Assembly (NCBI GenBank): GCA_964057225.1
Contig: OZ059897.1
Location: 10,850,001 to 10,914,000, forward strand
DNA: 64,000 bases
Direction: 5' to 3'
DNA from: Auanema rhodensis
Lineage: Eukaryota > Animalia > Nematoda
Made by a program: the position numbers and the translations under genes. Each line of letters begins with the position of its first letter. The first letter of the stretch is position 1. Under the pieces are notes generated by a model. That model worked only from the letters and a program-made list of their open reading frames with translations, had not been told where the DNA came from and searched no databases. Positions 27,151 to 42,300 of the stretch are shown one piece after another.

Positions 27151-29705
27151 TTAAATGCTATAAACATATTGCTTGCTTGTCATGTTAGATTTCTTCAATT
27201 TGAATACTTATTCAAGTTATAACAATTTTTGATTTAATCACGTTCAATTAACTGTATTGTTTTCAAAAATAAAGACATCTTTCAATTTCTGGTCATTGAA
27301 TTAGAATTTTCATGTTGTCACACAGAAATTGAAGAATCTTAGTTCATTTCAGTAACAATGAACACACTAACTTTGTTAAGTTGTTGTAATATCGGCCCAA
27401 GTAGTATGGTGGTTAGTACTCCACGTTGTGGCCGTGGCGACACAGATTCGATTCCTGTCTTGGGCATTTTTTGTTTTGAAATTAAAGTGCTATAAACATA
27501 TTTCTTGCTTGTCATGTTAGATTTGTTTAATTCAAATACTTATTTAAGTTCTATCAATTTTCGATTTAATCACGTTCAATCAACTGTATTGTTTTCAAAA
27601 ATAAAGACATCTTTCAATTTCTGGTCATTGAATTAGAATTTTCATGTTGTCACACAGAAATTGAAGAATCTTAGTTCATTTCAGTAACAATGAACACACT
27701 AACTTTGTTAAGTTGTTGTAATATCGGCCCAAGTAGTATAGTGGTTAGTACTCCACGTTGTGGCCGTGGCGACACAGGTTCGATTCCTGTCTTGGGCATT
27801 TTTTGTTTTGAAATTAAAATGCTATAAACATATTGCTTGCTTGTCATGTTAGATTTGTTTAATTCAAATACTTATTTAAGTTCTAACAATTTTTGATTTA
27901 ATCACGTTCAATTAACAGTATTGTTTTCAAAAATGAAGACATCTTTCAATTTTTGGTCATTGATTAGAATTTTCATGTTGTCACACAGAAATTGAAGAAT
28001 CTTAGTTCATTTCAGTAACAATGAACACACTAACTTTGTTAAGTTGTTGTAATATCGGCCCAAGTAGTATAGTGATTAGTACTCCACGTTGTGGCCGTGG
28101 CGACACAGGTTCGATTCCTGTCTTGGGCATTTTTTGTTTTGAAATTAAAATGCTATAAAATTATTGCTTGCTTGTCTTGTTAGATTTCTTTAATTTGAAT
28201 ACTTATTCAAGTTATAACAATTTTCGATTTAATCACGTTCAATCAACTGTATTGTTTTCAAAAATAAAGACATCTTTCAATTTCTGGTCATTGAATTAGA
28301 ATTTTCATGTTGTCACCCAGAAATTGAAGAATCTTATTTCATTTCAGTAACAATGAACACACTAACTTTGTTAAGTTGTTGTAATATCGGCCCAAGTAGT
28401 ATGGTGGTTAGTACTCCACGTTGTGGCCGTGGCGACACAGATTCGATTCCTGTCTTGGGCATTTTTTGTTTTGAAATTAAAGTGCTATAAACATATTGCT
28501 TGCTTGTCATGTTAGATTTGTTTAATTCAAATACTTATTTAAGTTCTATCAATTTTCGATTTAATCACGTTCAATCAACTGTATTGTTTTCAAAAATAAA
28601 GACATCTTTCAATTTCTGGTCATTGAATTAGAATTTTCATGTTGTCACACAGAAATTGAAGAATCTTAGTTCATTTCAGTAACAATGAACACACTGACTT
28701 TGTTAAGTTGTTGTAATATCGGCCCAAGTAGTATAGTGGTTAGTACTCCACGTTGTGGCCGTGGCGACACAGGTTCGATTCCTGTCTTGGGCATTTTTTG
28801 TTTTGAAATTAAAATGCTATAAAATTATTGCTTGCTTGTCTTGTTAGATTTCTTTAATTTGAATACTTATTCAAGTTCTAACAATTTTCGATTTAATCAC
28901 GTTCAATCAACTGTATTGTTTTCAAAAATAAAGACATCTTTCAATTTCTGGTCATTGAATTAGAATTTTCATGTTGTCACCCAGAAATTGAAGAATCTTA
29001 TTTCATTTCAGTAACAATGAACACACTCACTTTGTTAAGTTGTTGTAATATCGGCCCAAGTAGTATAGTGATTAGTACTCCACGTTGTGGCCGTGGCGAC
29101 ACAGGTTCGATTCCTGTCTTGGGCATTTTTTGTTTTGAAATTTAAATGCTATGAAATTATTGCTTGCTTGTCATGTTAGATTTGTTTAATTTAAATACTT
29201 ATTTAAATTCCAACAATTTTCGATTAAATCACGTTCAATTAACTGTATTGTTTTCAAAAATAAAGACAAAATTCAATTTCTGTTCATTGAATTAGAATTT
29301 TCATGTTGTCACACAGAAATTGAAGAATCTTAGTTCATTTCAGTAACAATGAACACACTAACTTTGTTAAGTTGTTGTGATATCGGCCCAAGTAGTATAG
29401 TGGTTAGTACTCCACGTTGTGGCCGTGGCGACACAGGTTCGATTCCTGTCTTGGGCATTTTTTGTTTTGAAATTTAAATGCTATGAAATTATTGCTTGCT
29501 TATCATGTTAGATTTGTTTAATTCAAATACTTATTTAAGTTCTAACAATTTTTGATTTAATCACGTTGAATTAACTGTATTGTTTTCAAAAATAAAGACA
29601 TCTTTCAATTTCTGGTCATTGAATTAGAATTTTCATGTTGTCACACAGGAAATGAAGAATCTTAGTTGATTTCAGTAACAATGAACACAATAATTTTGTT
29701 TAGTT
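27151..29705 (+). repeat. tRNA-His array, segment B (7 tRNA genes)
   Basis: tRNA starts at 27395, 27727, 28058, 28390, 28722, 29054, 29386. Confidence 0.97.
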
Positions 29706-30001
29706 TGTCGCTTCGGCGAAGGTATTCGGTTGTGGGTATTCCGCTGAGAATTAATAGAACAGATAGTCAGTGGTAGAATGCTTTATTAAAGAATTAACAA
29801 TTCAACAAATAATAGATCGTCTATAGTCCGTTGAGCTTTGGTTGAGGTATATCGTATTTTCCGATCCCAAGGATGAAGATATGGGAAGGCGGGCCGAAAA
29901 GTACAATCTGAAATAGACAAAGTAAAGGAAAACGATAAAAACAAAACTGAAATGGAACAAAACATAGAAAAAAGGATAAAAAATAATCGCTAACCGCGAC
30001 A
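29706..30001 (-). repeat. 3' LTR (296 bp) of copy 2
   Basis: TGTCGC...GCGACA termini. Confidence 0.95.
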
Positions 30002-30013
30002 CTGCCGCCGCAG

Positions 30014-30499
30014 CTAAGCCATTGGCCTTTTGCGACGTTGTCCGTCGCATAATGACCCATGATGCTTATCAGAGTTGCATTTGTAGCAGTTAGTGCTACA
30101 GGGATGCTCGTGTAGAGCCGATAAGCATCGTAAGCATAATTTCAATTGATGAGCGCGGATTCCACGCTCCATAACAGATGAATAGATGGGACAATTGCCT
30201 GTGCGGTGACCATCAGTAGTCACCTGATCGCAAAATAGGCAAGTTTTCGTTGGTTGCGTTTGTAATCGAATCAAATTCTGATTTTCATTCAGAATTTTCA
30301 TAGCTTCAGAAATGATTCTGAAGTGATTGTCCAAATACTCACTCATGTATTGGAACTTTCGATTTAAACGATTTTCAACGAGAACAAGAGTTCGAATAGA
30401 GGTAGGAAGGTTAGAATAGGAAGGATCTTTCAATTCTTCCTCAAAAGATGGTTCATTATGAACTGTAATAGAATGTTCAATGTTAAAATCTTCTATCAA
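30014..30499 (-). CDS. Accessory triple zinc-knuckle ORF, copy 2
   Basis: As copy 1, with one substitution (ENR versus ENC). Confidence 0.75.
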   Translation of the reverse strand: MIEDFNIEHSITVHNEPSFEEELKDPSYSNLPTSIRTLVLVENRLNRKFQYMSEYLDNHFRIISEAMKILNENQNLIRLQTQPTKTCLFCDQVTTDGHRTGNCPIYSSVMERGIRAHQLKLCLRCLSALHEHPCSTNCYKCNSDKHHGSLCDGQRRKRPMA

Positions 30500-33302
30500 A
30501 ACAAAGATTTCTAAGAATAAAGAAAAACTTGGTTGTTGTATCTTTTATGATTTTTATAGTACGGAAAGCTGTGATCAAGAAAAAATAAATGGCTGGAGTA
30601 CAACCTAGGTATCCCAAAAAACATATGAGGATCAGAAAAACAACGCAGATTAAAAACATCATCCAGTGTTCTTTAAAAAGTTTCAAAAAAGGAATTATGT
30701 CAGGTATTATAACTGAATTCTGATTTGAATGAATTTCATTAGGTTCACTAGTAGATGAATTAAAATATAGTTGTCCCGTTACAATTATATCAATTTTTTC
30801 ATGATTACATTTAGTATGACAAACTTCATTTATAATTGAATTATCTCTTTTAATATTGATATTTGTAATTTCATTGAAGGGTGAACATTTAATCATGAAT
30901 ACATCTTTTGAACACTCGATCGGTATTCATGTTTCTTTAGATGACATACAAGAAAACAATGCAGATGCACCCTACCCACAAAAATAACATCCGGAGAGAC
31001 TGATCAATAAGGGACGACAAGGTATATCATAGGAAAATGTATTACTGTCATATAAAAGTTCAGAATCAATTGAAACTGTAGTTTCATCAGACTGAGTTCG
31101 AAAAGTTAAGGATGTATCGGGTTTATAGATTGTTTCCGTGTTTGCCACATACGGAGGTAAAATATGAGAAAAATGTGTGAAATTATGTTGTGGACATATA
31201 CAGCCAGCAACATCGTTATTGATTTTGTTACAAGTACAATCGATAACCGTTGTACATCTTGAAAAATTGTCGGAAGTGTCTGCCTTCGAAATACATTGTA
31301 CCATAAATGGAAAATGTGGTTCAACAGCAAAGATTTGATTGTTTGAAGCAACAAAATAATAATTATGAAGTGGAGTAGGAGGTTTGTCTTGTGTATTGAT
31401 CGTCATATTGAAAAAAGAGTAATTCATCTTCAAATATGGTGGAATTGTGATATTATAAATATTTTTATCTTTAACAATATGTGTTGTAATTTCAAAAGTT
31501 GAAGATGTTGTCCAATCTTCACATTTAAATACTTCAAATATGTCGTCCGAAGTAGGTACATGTTCTAATTTGTAGAAAAGACAAGGGTTTTCCCAAAATG
31601 TCAAACAACGCCATATATGTGCTGAAGATCGGACACATTTGGATTGTGTTGGATAATTATATGGTTCGAATTCAGAAATACGAGAGCGATGATTCATAGT
31701 TTCACAAGTTTGATCACAAGATCCCATATGAGCACATCGAAAATCAACGGTTAGTTTAGGCAAAGTAGCCTTTGTAAAAAATTTTGTGGTTTTCTTACAT
31801 TCAAAACTTGTATATAATTTTCGAATTTGAATATAACCAATAGAATGATTTTTAAATTTTATATCCAGGCATAAATCTTTAACTCCAGGAGAAAAAACTA
31901 TTTGATCACTATATTGGTGATAACATTGAGTACGATTCAGACAATGTGTAGAAACTGAATGAATAACGTGATGATCGGTACAAGCAGTAGCATTATTGAT
32001 AAAAAATATTGTAAGTATACTGATAATTGATAATCGAGAACCTCTTTTCCAAAATAGAGGATATAATTTAGGTTCTATATGTGGAATATTCTCAGATGAA
32101 ATTGGAGGAGGTTCAATAACTCCTAATTCGATATCATTCTGTTCCGGAGTATGAGGTCTATATGTGAAAAAAGAAGATATGTAACGAATAGTATTAGACC
32201 AGGAATTATATCGATATTGATGGAATCCTATGCGTATACAACAACAAAAGATGCCAAATAAACAACAAAGTGGTAAGAACAATGACCACATGGCAAGATG
32301 AGGAGCACAATGTGGGTTTCCAAGCAAATGTATGGATAAAAACTTTGCCTCATCACATACTACAGAATTTACAGATGCTACGGGTAAAAATATCGATATT
32401 ATTGTAAAAATTAAAATTGCAGACGTCATTGCTGATTTGAAATTCTTTCGCGAAGCGTATGTGATGTGATTCCGTAAAGGTAAGGTGCGAACACGGTTTG
32501 CGTTTGTTTCAGTAGATGGTTTTACGTCGTTTTGGTCAATGGTAGGCAAAATTATGGTTTGTTTTGCTTTACTTGTGTTTTTCTTTTGTAATTTTTTACG
32601 ATTATCGTCAGGCGTATGACCTGGACCCCATAATTGTAATTCAGCTTCTTCCTCAAGGATCGGATTATGTATCGAAGAAATTTTGGACGTAGGTATGTAA
32701 ATTTTTTGAGGATTATTAATATCTATTGGTTCAGGACATGTAACCACATTGTTCGTTTCATGGATTGAAGGTACAGGTGAGTTTGATCTTATAATATATT
32801 CCTGTATTGGTTGAGCATCAAGGTTCATCATATCCGAAGCAGATCCTACCTTCAAAGACAATGAAGTGTCTTCGGAAGGAGTAGATTGAGGAATTGATGT
32901 CATATCAGGTAAAACACTTCGTAATTCAAGTGGATATAGATGATTTAAGGAACGAGATATGATGTTCCCAGCTGGAGTGAGAACTTTAGCTGTACGAATG
33001 AATCCATCAGAACTACTTATAAGTTCTGTGATTCGACCAAGTTTCCATTGACCACGAGGTGAGTTATCATTATGTATAACTACAATTTCACCAATATTAG
33101 GTTTATTGGCATTTGCTGAAGGTTGTTTTCGGGAATGTTTGTATATATCACGAATATATATCAAATATTCTGTTTGAAATTTATCCCAAAACATCGTAGC
33201 TGCATCAGAAGTAAGTTGTAAAGTTTCTAATGCTTGTTCAACGTTTTGTATTACAGGAATATCAATAGAATTATTATAAACTTGAGAACCACAATTATCC
33301 GG
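30483..33302 (-). pseudogene. env: Integrase C-terminus plus phlebovirus-like envelope, copy 2, with two in-frame stops
   Basis: Translation identical to copy 1. Confidence 0.88.
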
Positions 33303-36300
33303 TTAAATGCTATAAACATATTGCTTGCTTGTCATGTTAGATTTCTTCAATTTGAATACTTATTCAAGTTATAACAATTTTTGATTTAATCACGTTCAAT
33401 TAATTGTATTGTTTTCAAAAATAAAGACATCTTTCAATTTCTGGTCATTGAATTAGAATTTTCATGTTGTCACACAGAAATTGAAGAATCTTAGTTCATT
33501 TCAGTAACAATGAACACACTAACTTTGTTAAGTTGTTGTAATATCGGCCCAAGTAGTATGGTGGTTAGTACTCCACGTTGTGGCCGTGGCGACACAGATT
33601 CGATTCCTGTCTTGGGCATTTTTTGTTTTGAAATTAAAGTGCTATAAACATATTTCTTGCTTGTCATGTTAGATTTGTTTAATTCAAATACTTATTTAAG
33701 TTCTATCAATTTTCGATTTAATCACGTTCAATCAACTGTATTGTTTTCAAAAATAAAGACATCTTTCAATTTCTGGTCATTGAATTAGAATTTTCATGTT
33801 GTCACACAGAAATTGAAGAATCTTAGTTCATTTCAGTAACAATGAACACACTAACTTTGTTAAGTTGTTGTAATATCGGCCCAAGTAGTATAGTGGTTAG
33901 TACTCCACGTTGTGGCCGTGGCGACACAGGTTCGATTCCTGTCTTGGGCATTTTTTGTTTTGAAATTAAAATGCTATAAACATATTGCTTGCTTGTCATG
34001 TTAGATTTGTTTAATTCAAATACTTATTTAAGTTCTAACAATTTTTGATTTAATCACGTTCAATTAACAGTATTGTTTTCAAAAATGAAGACATCTTTCA
34101 ATTTTTGGTCATTGATTAGAATTTTCATGTTGTCACACAGAAATTGAAGAATCTTAGTTCATTTCAGTAACAATGAACACACTAACTTTGTTAAGTTGTT
34201 GTAATATCGGCCCAAGTAGTATAGTGATTAGTACTCCACGTTGTGGCCGTGGCGACACAGGTTCGATTCCTGTCTTGGGCATTTTTTGTTTTGAAATTAA
34301 AATGCTATAAAATTATTGCTTGCTTGTCTTGTTAGATTTCTTTAATTTGAATACTTATTCAAGTTATAACAATTTTCGATTTAATCACGTTCAATCAACT
34401 GTATTGTTTTCAAAAATAAAGACATCTTTCAATTTCTGGTCATTGAATTAGAATTTTCATGTTGTCACCCAGAAATTGAAGAATCTTATTTCATTTCAGT
34501 AACAATGAACACACTAACTTTGTTAAGTTGTTGTAATATCGGCCCAAGTAGTATGGTGGTTAGTACTCCACGTTGTGGCCGTGGCGACACAGATTCGATT
34601 CCTGTCTTGGGCATTTTTTGTTTTGAAATTAAAGTGCTATAAACATATTGCTTGCTTGTCATGTTAGATTTGTTTAATTCAAATACTTATTTAAGTTCTA
34701 TCAATTTTCGATTTAATCACGTTCAATCAACTGTATTGTTTTCAAAAATAAAGACATCTTTCAATTTCTGGTCATTGAATTAGAATTTTCATGTTGTCAC
34801 ACAGAAATTGAAGAATCTTAGTTCATTTCAGTAACAATGAACACACTGACTTTGTTAAGTTGTTGTAATATCGGCCCAAGTAGTATAGTGGTTAGTACTC
34901 CACGTTGTGGCCGTGGCGACACAGGTTCGTTTCCTGTCTTGGGCATTTTTTGTTTTGAAATTAAAATGCTATAAAATTATTGCTTGCTTGTCTTGTTAGA
35001 TTTCTTTAATTTGAATACTTATTCAAGTTCTAACAATTTTCGATTTAATCACGTTCAATCAACTGTATTGTTTTCAAAAATAAAGACATCTTTCAATTTC
35101 TGGTCATTGAATTAGAATTTTCATGTTGTCACCCAGAAATTGAAGAATCTTATTTCATTTCAGTAACAATGAACACACTCACTTTGTTAAGTTGTTGTAA
35201 TATCGGCCCAAGTAGTATAGTGATTAGTACTCCACGTTGTGGCCGTGGCGACACAGGTTCGATTCCTGTCTTGGGCATTTTTTGTTTTGAAATTTAAATG
35301 CTATAAAATTATTGCTCGCTTGTCATCTTAGATTTGTTTAATTCAAATACTTATTTAAGTTCTAACAATTTTTGATTTAATCACGTTCAATTAACTGTAT
35401 TGTTTTCAAAAATAAAGACAAAATTCAATTTCTGTTCATTGAATTAGAATTTTCATGTTGTCACCCAGAAATTGAAGATTCTTAGTTCAATTCAGTAACA
35501 ATGAACACACTAACTTTGTTAAGTTGTTGTGATATCGGCCCAAGTAATATAGTGGTTAGTACTCCACGTTGTGGCCGTGGCGACACAGGTTCGATTCCTG
35601 TCTTGGGCATTTTTTGTTTTGAAATTAAAATGCTATAAACATATTGCTTGCTTGTCATGTTAGATTTCTTCAATTTGAATACTTATTCAAGTTATAACAA
35701 TTTTTGATTTAATCACGTTCAATTAACTGTATTGTTTTCAAAAATAAAGACATCTTTCAATTTCTGGTCATTGAATTAGAATTTTCATGTTGTCACACAG
35801 AAATTGAAGAATCTTAGTTCATTTCAGTAACAATGAACACACTAACTTTGTTATGTTGTTGTAATATCGGCCCAAGTAGTATGGTGGTTAGTACTCCACG
35901 TTGTGGCCGTGGCGACACAGATTCGATTCCTGTCTTGGGCATTTTTTGTTCTGAAATTAAAGTGCTATAAACATATTGCTTGCTTGTCATGTTAGATTTG
36001 TTTAATTCAAATACTTATTTAAGTTCTATCAATTTTCGATTTAATCACGTTCAATCAACTGTATTGTTTTCAAAAATAAAGACATCTTTCAATTTCTGGT
36101 CATTGAATTAGAATTTTCATGTTGTCACACAGGAAATGAAGAATCTTAGTTCATTTCAGTAACAATGAACACACTAACTTTGTTAAGTTGTTGTAATATC
36201 GGCCCAAGTAGTATAGTGGTTAGTACTCCACGTTGTGGCCGTGGCGACACAGGTTCGATTCCTGTCTTGGGCATTTTTTGTTTTGAAATTAAAATGCTAT

Positions 36301-39300
36301 AAACATATTGCTTGCTTGTCATGTTAGATTTGTTTAATTCAAATACTTATTTAAGTTCTAACAATTTTTGATTTAATCACGTTCAATTAACAGTATTGTT
36401 TTCAAAAATGAAGACATCTTTCAATTTTTGGTCATTGATTAGAATTTTCATGTTGTCACACAGAAATTGAAGAATCTTAGTTCATTTCAGTAACAATGAA
36501 CACACTAACTTTGTTAAGTTGTTGTAATATCGGCCCAAGTAGTATAGTGGTTAGTACTCCACGTTGTGGCCGTGGCGACACAGGTTCGATTCCTGTCTTG
36601 GGCATTTTTTGTTTTGAAATTTAAATGCTATAAAATTATTGCTTGCTTGTCATGTTAGATTTGTTTAATTCAAATACTTATTTAAATTCTAACAATTTTT
36701 GATTTAATCACGTTCAATTAACTGTATTGTTTTCAAAAATAAAGACATCTTTCAATTTCTGGTCATTGAATTAGAATTTTCATGTTGTCACACAGGAAAT
36801 GAAGAATCTTAGTTCATTTCAGTAACAATGAACACAATAATTTTGTTTAGTTTGTAATACCGGCCCAAGTAGTATAGTGGTTAGTACTCCACGTTGTGGC
36901 CGTGGCGACACAGGTTCGATTCCTGTCTTGGGCATTTTTTGTTTTGAAATTTAAATGCTATAAAATTATTGCTTGCTTGTCATGTTAGATTTGTTTAATT
37001 TAAATACTCATTTAAGTTCCAACAATTTTCGATTAAATCACGTTCATTTAACTGTATTGTTTTCAAAAATAAAGACAAAATTCAATTTCTGTTCATTGAA
37101 TTAGAATTTTCATGTTGTCACACAGAAATTGAAGAATCTTAGTTCATTTCAGTAACAATGAACACACTAACTTTGTTAAGTTGTTGTAATATCGGCCCAA
37201 GTAGTATAGTGGTTAGTACTCCACGTTGTGGCCGTGGCGACACAGGTTCGATTCCTGTCTTGGGCATTTTTTGTTTTGAAATTTAAATGCTATAAAATTA
37301 TTGCTCGCTTGTCATGTTAGATTTGTTTAATTCAAATACTTATTTAAGTTCTAACAATTTTCGATTTAATCACGTTCAATCAACTGTATTGTTTTCAAAA
37401 ATAAAGACATCTTTCAATTTCTGGTCATTGAATTAGAATTTTCATGTTGTCACACAGAAATTGAAGAATCTTAGTTCATTTCAGTAACAATGAACACACT
37501 AACTTTGTTAAGTTGTTGTAATATCGGCCCAAGTAGTATAGTGGTTAGTACTCCACGTTGTGGCCGTGGCGACACAGGTTCGATTCCTGTCTTGGGCATT
37601 TTTTGTTTTGAAATTAAAATGCTATAAACATATTGCTTGCTTGTCATGTTAGATTTGTTTAATTCAAATACTTATTTAAGTTCTAACAATTTTTGATTTA
37701 ATCACGTTCAATTAACAGTATTGTTTTCAAAAATGAAGACATCTTTCAATTTTTGGTCATTGATTAGAATTTTCATGTTGTCACACAGAAATTGAAGAAT
37801 CTTAGTTCATTTCAGTAACAATGAACACACTAACTTTGTTAAGTTGTTGTAATATCGGCCCAAGTAGTATAGTGGTTAGTACTCCACGTTGTGGCCGTGG
37901 CGACACAGGTTCGATTCCTGTCTTGGGCATTTTTTGTTTTGAAATTTAAATGCTATAAAATTATTGCTTGCTTGTCATGTTAGATTTGTTTAATTCAAAT
38001 ACTTATTTAAATTCTAACAATTTTTGATTTAATCACGTTCAATTAACTGTATTGTTTTCAAAAATAAAGACATCTTTCAATTTCTGGTCATTGAATTAGA
38101 ATTTTCATGTTGTCACACAGGAAATGAAGAATCTTAGTTCATTTCAGTAACAATGAACACAATAATTTTGTTTAGTTTGTAATACCGGCCCAAGTAGTAT
38201 AGTGGTTAGTACTCCACGTTGTGGCCGTGGCGACACAGGTTCGATTCCTGTCTTGGGCATTTTTTGTTTTGAAATTTAAATGCTATAAAATTATTGCTTG
38301 CTTGTCATGTTAGATTTGTTTAATTTAAATACTCATTTAAGTTCCAACAATTTTCGATTAAATCACGTTCATTTAACTGTATTGTTTTCAAAAATAAAGA
38401 CAAAATTCAATTTCTGTTCATTGAATTAGAATTTTCATGTTGTCACACAGAAATTGAAGAATCTTAGTTCATTTCAGTAACAATGAACACACTAACTTTG
38501 TTAAGTTGTTGTAATATCGGCCCAAGTAGTATAGTGGTTAGTACTCCACGTTGTGGCCGTGGCGACACAGGTTCGATTCCTGTCTTGGGCATTTTTTGTT
38601 TTGAAATTTAAATGCTATGAAATTATTGCTTGCTTGTCATGTTAGATTTGTTTAATTTAAATACTTGTTTAAGTTCCAACAATTTTTGATTAAATCACGT
38701 TCAATTAACTGTATTGTTTTCAAAAATAAAGACATCTTTCAATTTCTGGTCATTGAATTAGAATTTTCATGTTGTCACACAGAAATTGAAGAATCTTAGT
38801 TCATTTCAGTAACAATGAACACACTAACTTTGTTAAGTTGTTGTAATATCGGCCCAAGTAGTATAGTGATTAGTACTCCACGTTGTGGCCGTGGCGACAC
38901 AGGTTCGATTCCTGTCTTGGGCATTTTTTGTTTTGAAATTTAAATGCTATAAAATTATTGCTCGCTTGCCATGTTAGATTTGTTTAATTCAAATACTTAT
39001 TTAAGTTCTAACAATTTTTGATTTAATCACGTTCAATTAACTGTATTGTTTTCAAAAATAAAGACAAAATTCAATTTCTGTTCATTGAATTAGAATTTTC
39101 ATGTTGTCACCCAGAAATTGAAGATTCTTAGTTCAATTCAGTAACAATGAACACACTAACTTTGTTAAGTTGTTGTGATATCGGCCCAAGTAATATAGTG
39201 GTTAGTACTCCACGTTGTGGCCGTGGCGACACAGATTCGATTCCTGTCTTTGGCATTTTTTGTTTTGAAATTTAAATGCTATAAAATTATTGCTTGCTTG

Positions 39301-42300
39301 TCATGTTAGATTTGTTTAATTCAAATACTTATTTAAATTCTAACAATTTTTGATTTAATCACGTTCAATTAACTGTATTGTTTTCAAAAATAAAGACATC
39401 TTTCAATTTCTGGTCATTGAATTAGAATTTTCATGTTGTCACACAGGAAATGAAGAATCTTAGTTCATTTCAGTAACAATGAACACAATAATTTTGTTTA
39501 GTTTGTAATACCGGCCCAAGTAGTATAGTGGTTAGTACTCCACGTTGTGGCCGTGGCGACACAGGTTCGATTCCTGTCTTGGGCATTTTTTGTTTTGAAA
39601 TTTAAATGCTATAAAATTATTGCTTGCTTGTCATGTTAGATTTGTTTAATTTAAATACTTGCTTAAGTTCCAACAATTTTTGATTAAATCACGTTCAATT
39701 AACTGTATTGTTTTCAAAAATAAAGACATCTTTCAATTTCTGGTCATTGAATTAGAATTTTCATGTTGTCACACAGAAATTGAAGAATCTTAGTTCATTT
39801 CAGTAACAATGAACACACTAACTTTGTTAAGTTGTTGTAATATCGGCCCAAGTAGTATAGTGATTAGTACTCCACGTTGTGGCCGTGGCGACACAGATTC
39901 GATTCCTGTCTTTGGCATTTTTTGTTTTGAAATTTAAATGCTATAAAATTATTGCTTGCTTGTCATGTTAGATTTGTTTAATTCAAATACTTATTTAAAT
40001 TCTAACAATTTTTGATTTAATCACGTTCAATTAACTGTATTGTTTTCAAAAATAAAGACATCTTTCAATTTCTGGTCATTGAATTAGAATTTTCATGTTG
40101 TCACACAGAAATTGAAGAATCTTAGTTCATTTCAGTAACAATGAACACACTAACTTTGTTAAGTTGTTGTAATATCGGCCCAAGTAGTATAGTGATTAGT
40201 ACTCCACGTTGTGGCCGTGGCGACACAGGTTCGATTCCTGTCTTGGGCATTTTTTGTTTTGAAATTTAAATGCTATAAAATTATTGCTCGCTTGCCATGT
40301 TAGATTTGTTTAATTCAAATACTTATTTAAGTTCTAACAATTTTTGATTTAATCACGTTCAATTAACTGTATTGTTTTCAAAAATAAAGACAAAATTCAA
40401 TTTCTGTTCATTGAATTAGAATTTTCATGTTGTCACCCAGAAATTGAAGATTCTTAGTTCAATTCAGTAACAATGAACACACTAACTTTGTTAAGTTGTT
40501 GTGATATCGGCCCAAGTAATATAGTGGTTAGTACTCCACGTTGTGGCCGTGGCGACACAGATTCGATTCCTGTCTTTGGCATTTTTTGTTTTGAAATTTA
40601 AATGCTATAAAATTATTGCTTGCTTGTCATGTTAGATTTGTTTAATTCAAATACTTATTTAAATTCTAACAATTTTTGATTTAATCACGTTCAATTAACT
40701 GTATTGTTTTCAAAAATAAAGACATCTTTCAATTTCTGGTCATTGAATTAGAATTTTCATGTTGTCACACAGGAAATGAAGAATCTTAGTTCATTTCAGT
40801 AACAATGAACACAATAATTTTGTTTAGTTTGTAATACCGGCCCAAGTAGTATAGTGGTTAGTACTCCACGTTGTGGCCGTGGCGACACAGGTTCGATTCC
40901 TGTCTTGGGCATTTTTTGTTTTGAAATTTAAATGCTATAAAATTATTGCTTGCTTGTCATGTTAGATTTGTTTAATTTAAATACTTGCTTAAGTTCCAAC
41001 AATTTTTGATTAAATCACGTTCAATTAACTGTATTGTTTTCAAAAATAAAGACATCTTTCAATTTCTGGTCATTGAATTAGAATTTTCATGTTGTCACAC
41101 AGAAATTGAAGAATCTTAGTTCATTTCAGTAACAATGAACACACTAACTTTGTTAAGTTGTTGTAATATCGGCCCAAGTAGTATAGTGATTAGTACTCCA
41201 CGTTGTGGCCGTGGCGACACAGATTCGATTCCTGTCTTTGGCATTTTTTGTTTTGAAATTTAAATGCTATAAAATTATTGCTTGCTTGTCATGTTAGATT
41301 TGTTTAATTCAAATACTTATTTAAATTCTAACAATTTTTGATTTAATCACGTTCAATTAACTGTATTGTTTTCAAAAATAAAGACATCTTTCAATTTCTG
41401 GTCATTGAATTAGAATTTTCATGTTGTCACACAGGAAATGAAGAATCTTAGTTCATTTCAGTAACAATGAACACAATAATTTTGTTTAGTTTGTAATACC
41501 GGCCCAAGTAGTATAGTGGTTAGTACTCCACGTTGTGGCCGTGGCGACACAGGTTCGATTCCTGTCTTGGGCATTTTTTGTTTTGAAATTTAAATGCTAT
41601 AAAATTATTGCTTGCTTGTCATGTTAGATTTGTTTAATTTAAATACTTGCTTAAGTTCCAACAATTTTTGATTAAATCACGTTCAATTAACTGTATTGTT
41701 TTCAAAAATAAAGACATCTTTCAATTTCTGGTCATTGAATTAGAATTTTCATGTTGTCACACAGAAATTGAAGAATCTTAGTTCATTTCAGTAACAATGA
41801 ACACAATAATTTTGTTTAGTTGTTGTGATATCGGCCCAAGTAATATAGTGGTTAGTACTCCACGTTGTGGCCGTGGCGACACAGATTCGATTCCTGTCTT
41901 GGGCATTTTTTGTTTTGAAATTAAAGTGCTATAAACATATTGCTTGCTTGTCATGTTAGATTTGTTTAATTCAAATACTTATTTAAGTTCTATCAATTTT
42001 CGATTTAATTACGTTCAATCAACTGTATTGTTTTCAAAAATAAAGACATCTTTCAATTTCTGGTCATTGAATTAGAATTTTCATGTTGTCACACAGAAAT
42101 TGAAGAATCTTAGTTCATTTCAGTAACAATGAACACACTAACTTTGTTAAGTTGTTGTAATATCGGCCCAAGTAGTATAGTGGTTAGTACTCCACGTTGT
42201 GGCCGTGGCGACACAGGTTCGATTCCTGTCTTGGGCATTTTTTGTTTTGAAATTAAAATGCTATAAACATATTGCTTGCTTGTCATGTTAGATTTGTTTA

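Larger units (their letters stand above)
29706..33302 (-). mobile_element. BEL/Pao LTR retrotransposon, 5'-truncated copy 2
   Basis: Same junctions as copy 1, shifted by 6152 bp. Confidence 0.95.
22950..35250. repeat. Tandem segmental duplication with 6152-bp period (truncated element plus about 7.7 array units); ends approximate
   Basis: Element copies are offset by exactly 6152. Rare spacer variants (TATTTCTTGC, CACTCAC, CACGTTGAATT) recur at the same offset. Confidence 0.9.

Noticed and set aside
23554-33302. Three independent insertions at the same tRNA position
   Set aside because: Shared private flank variants, identical truncation points and missing right TSDs indicate duplication of one event.
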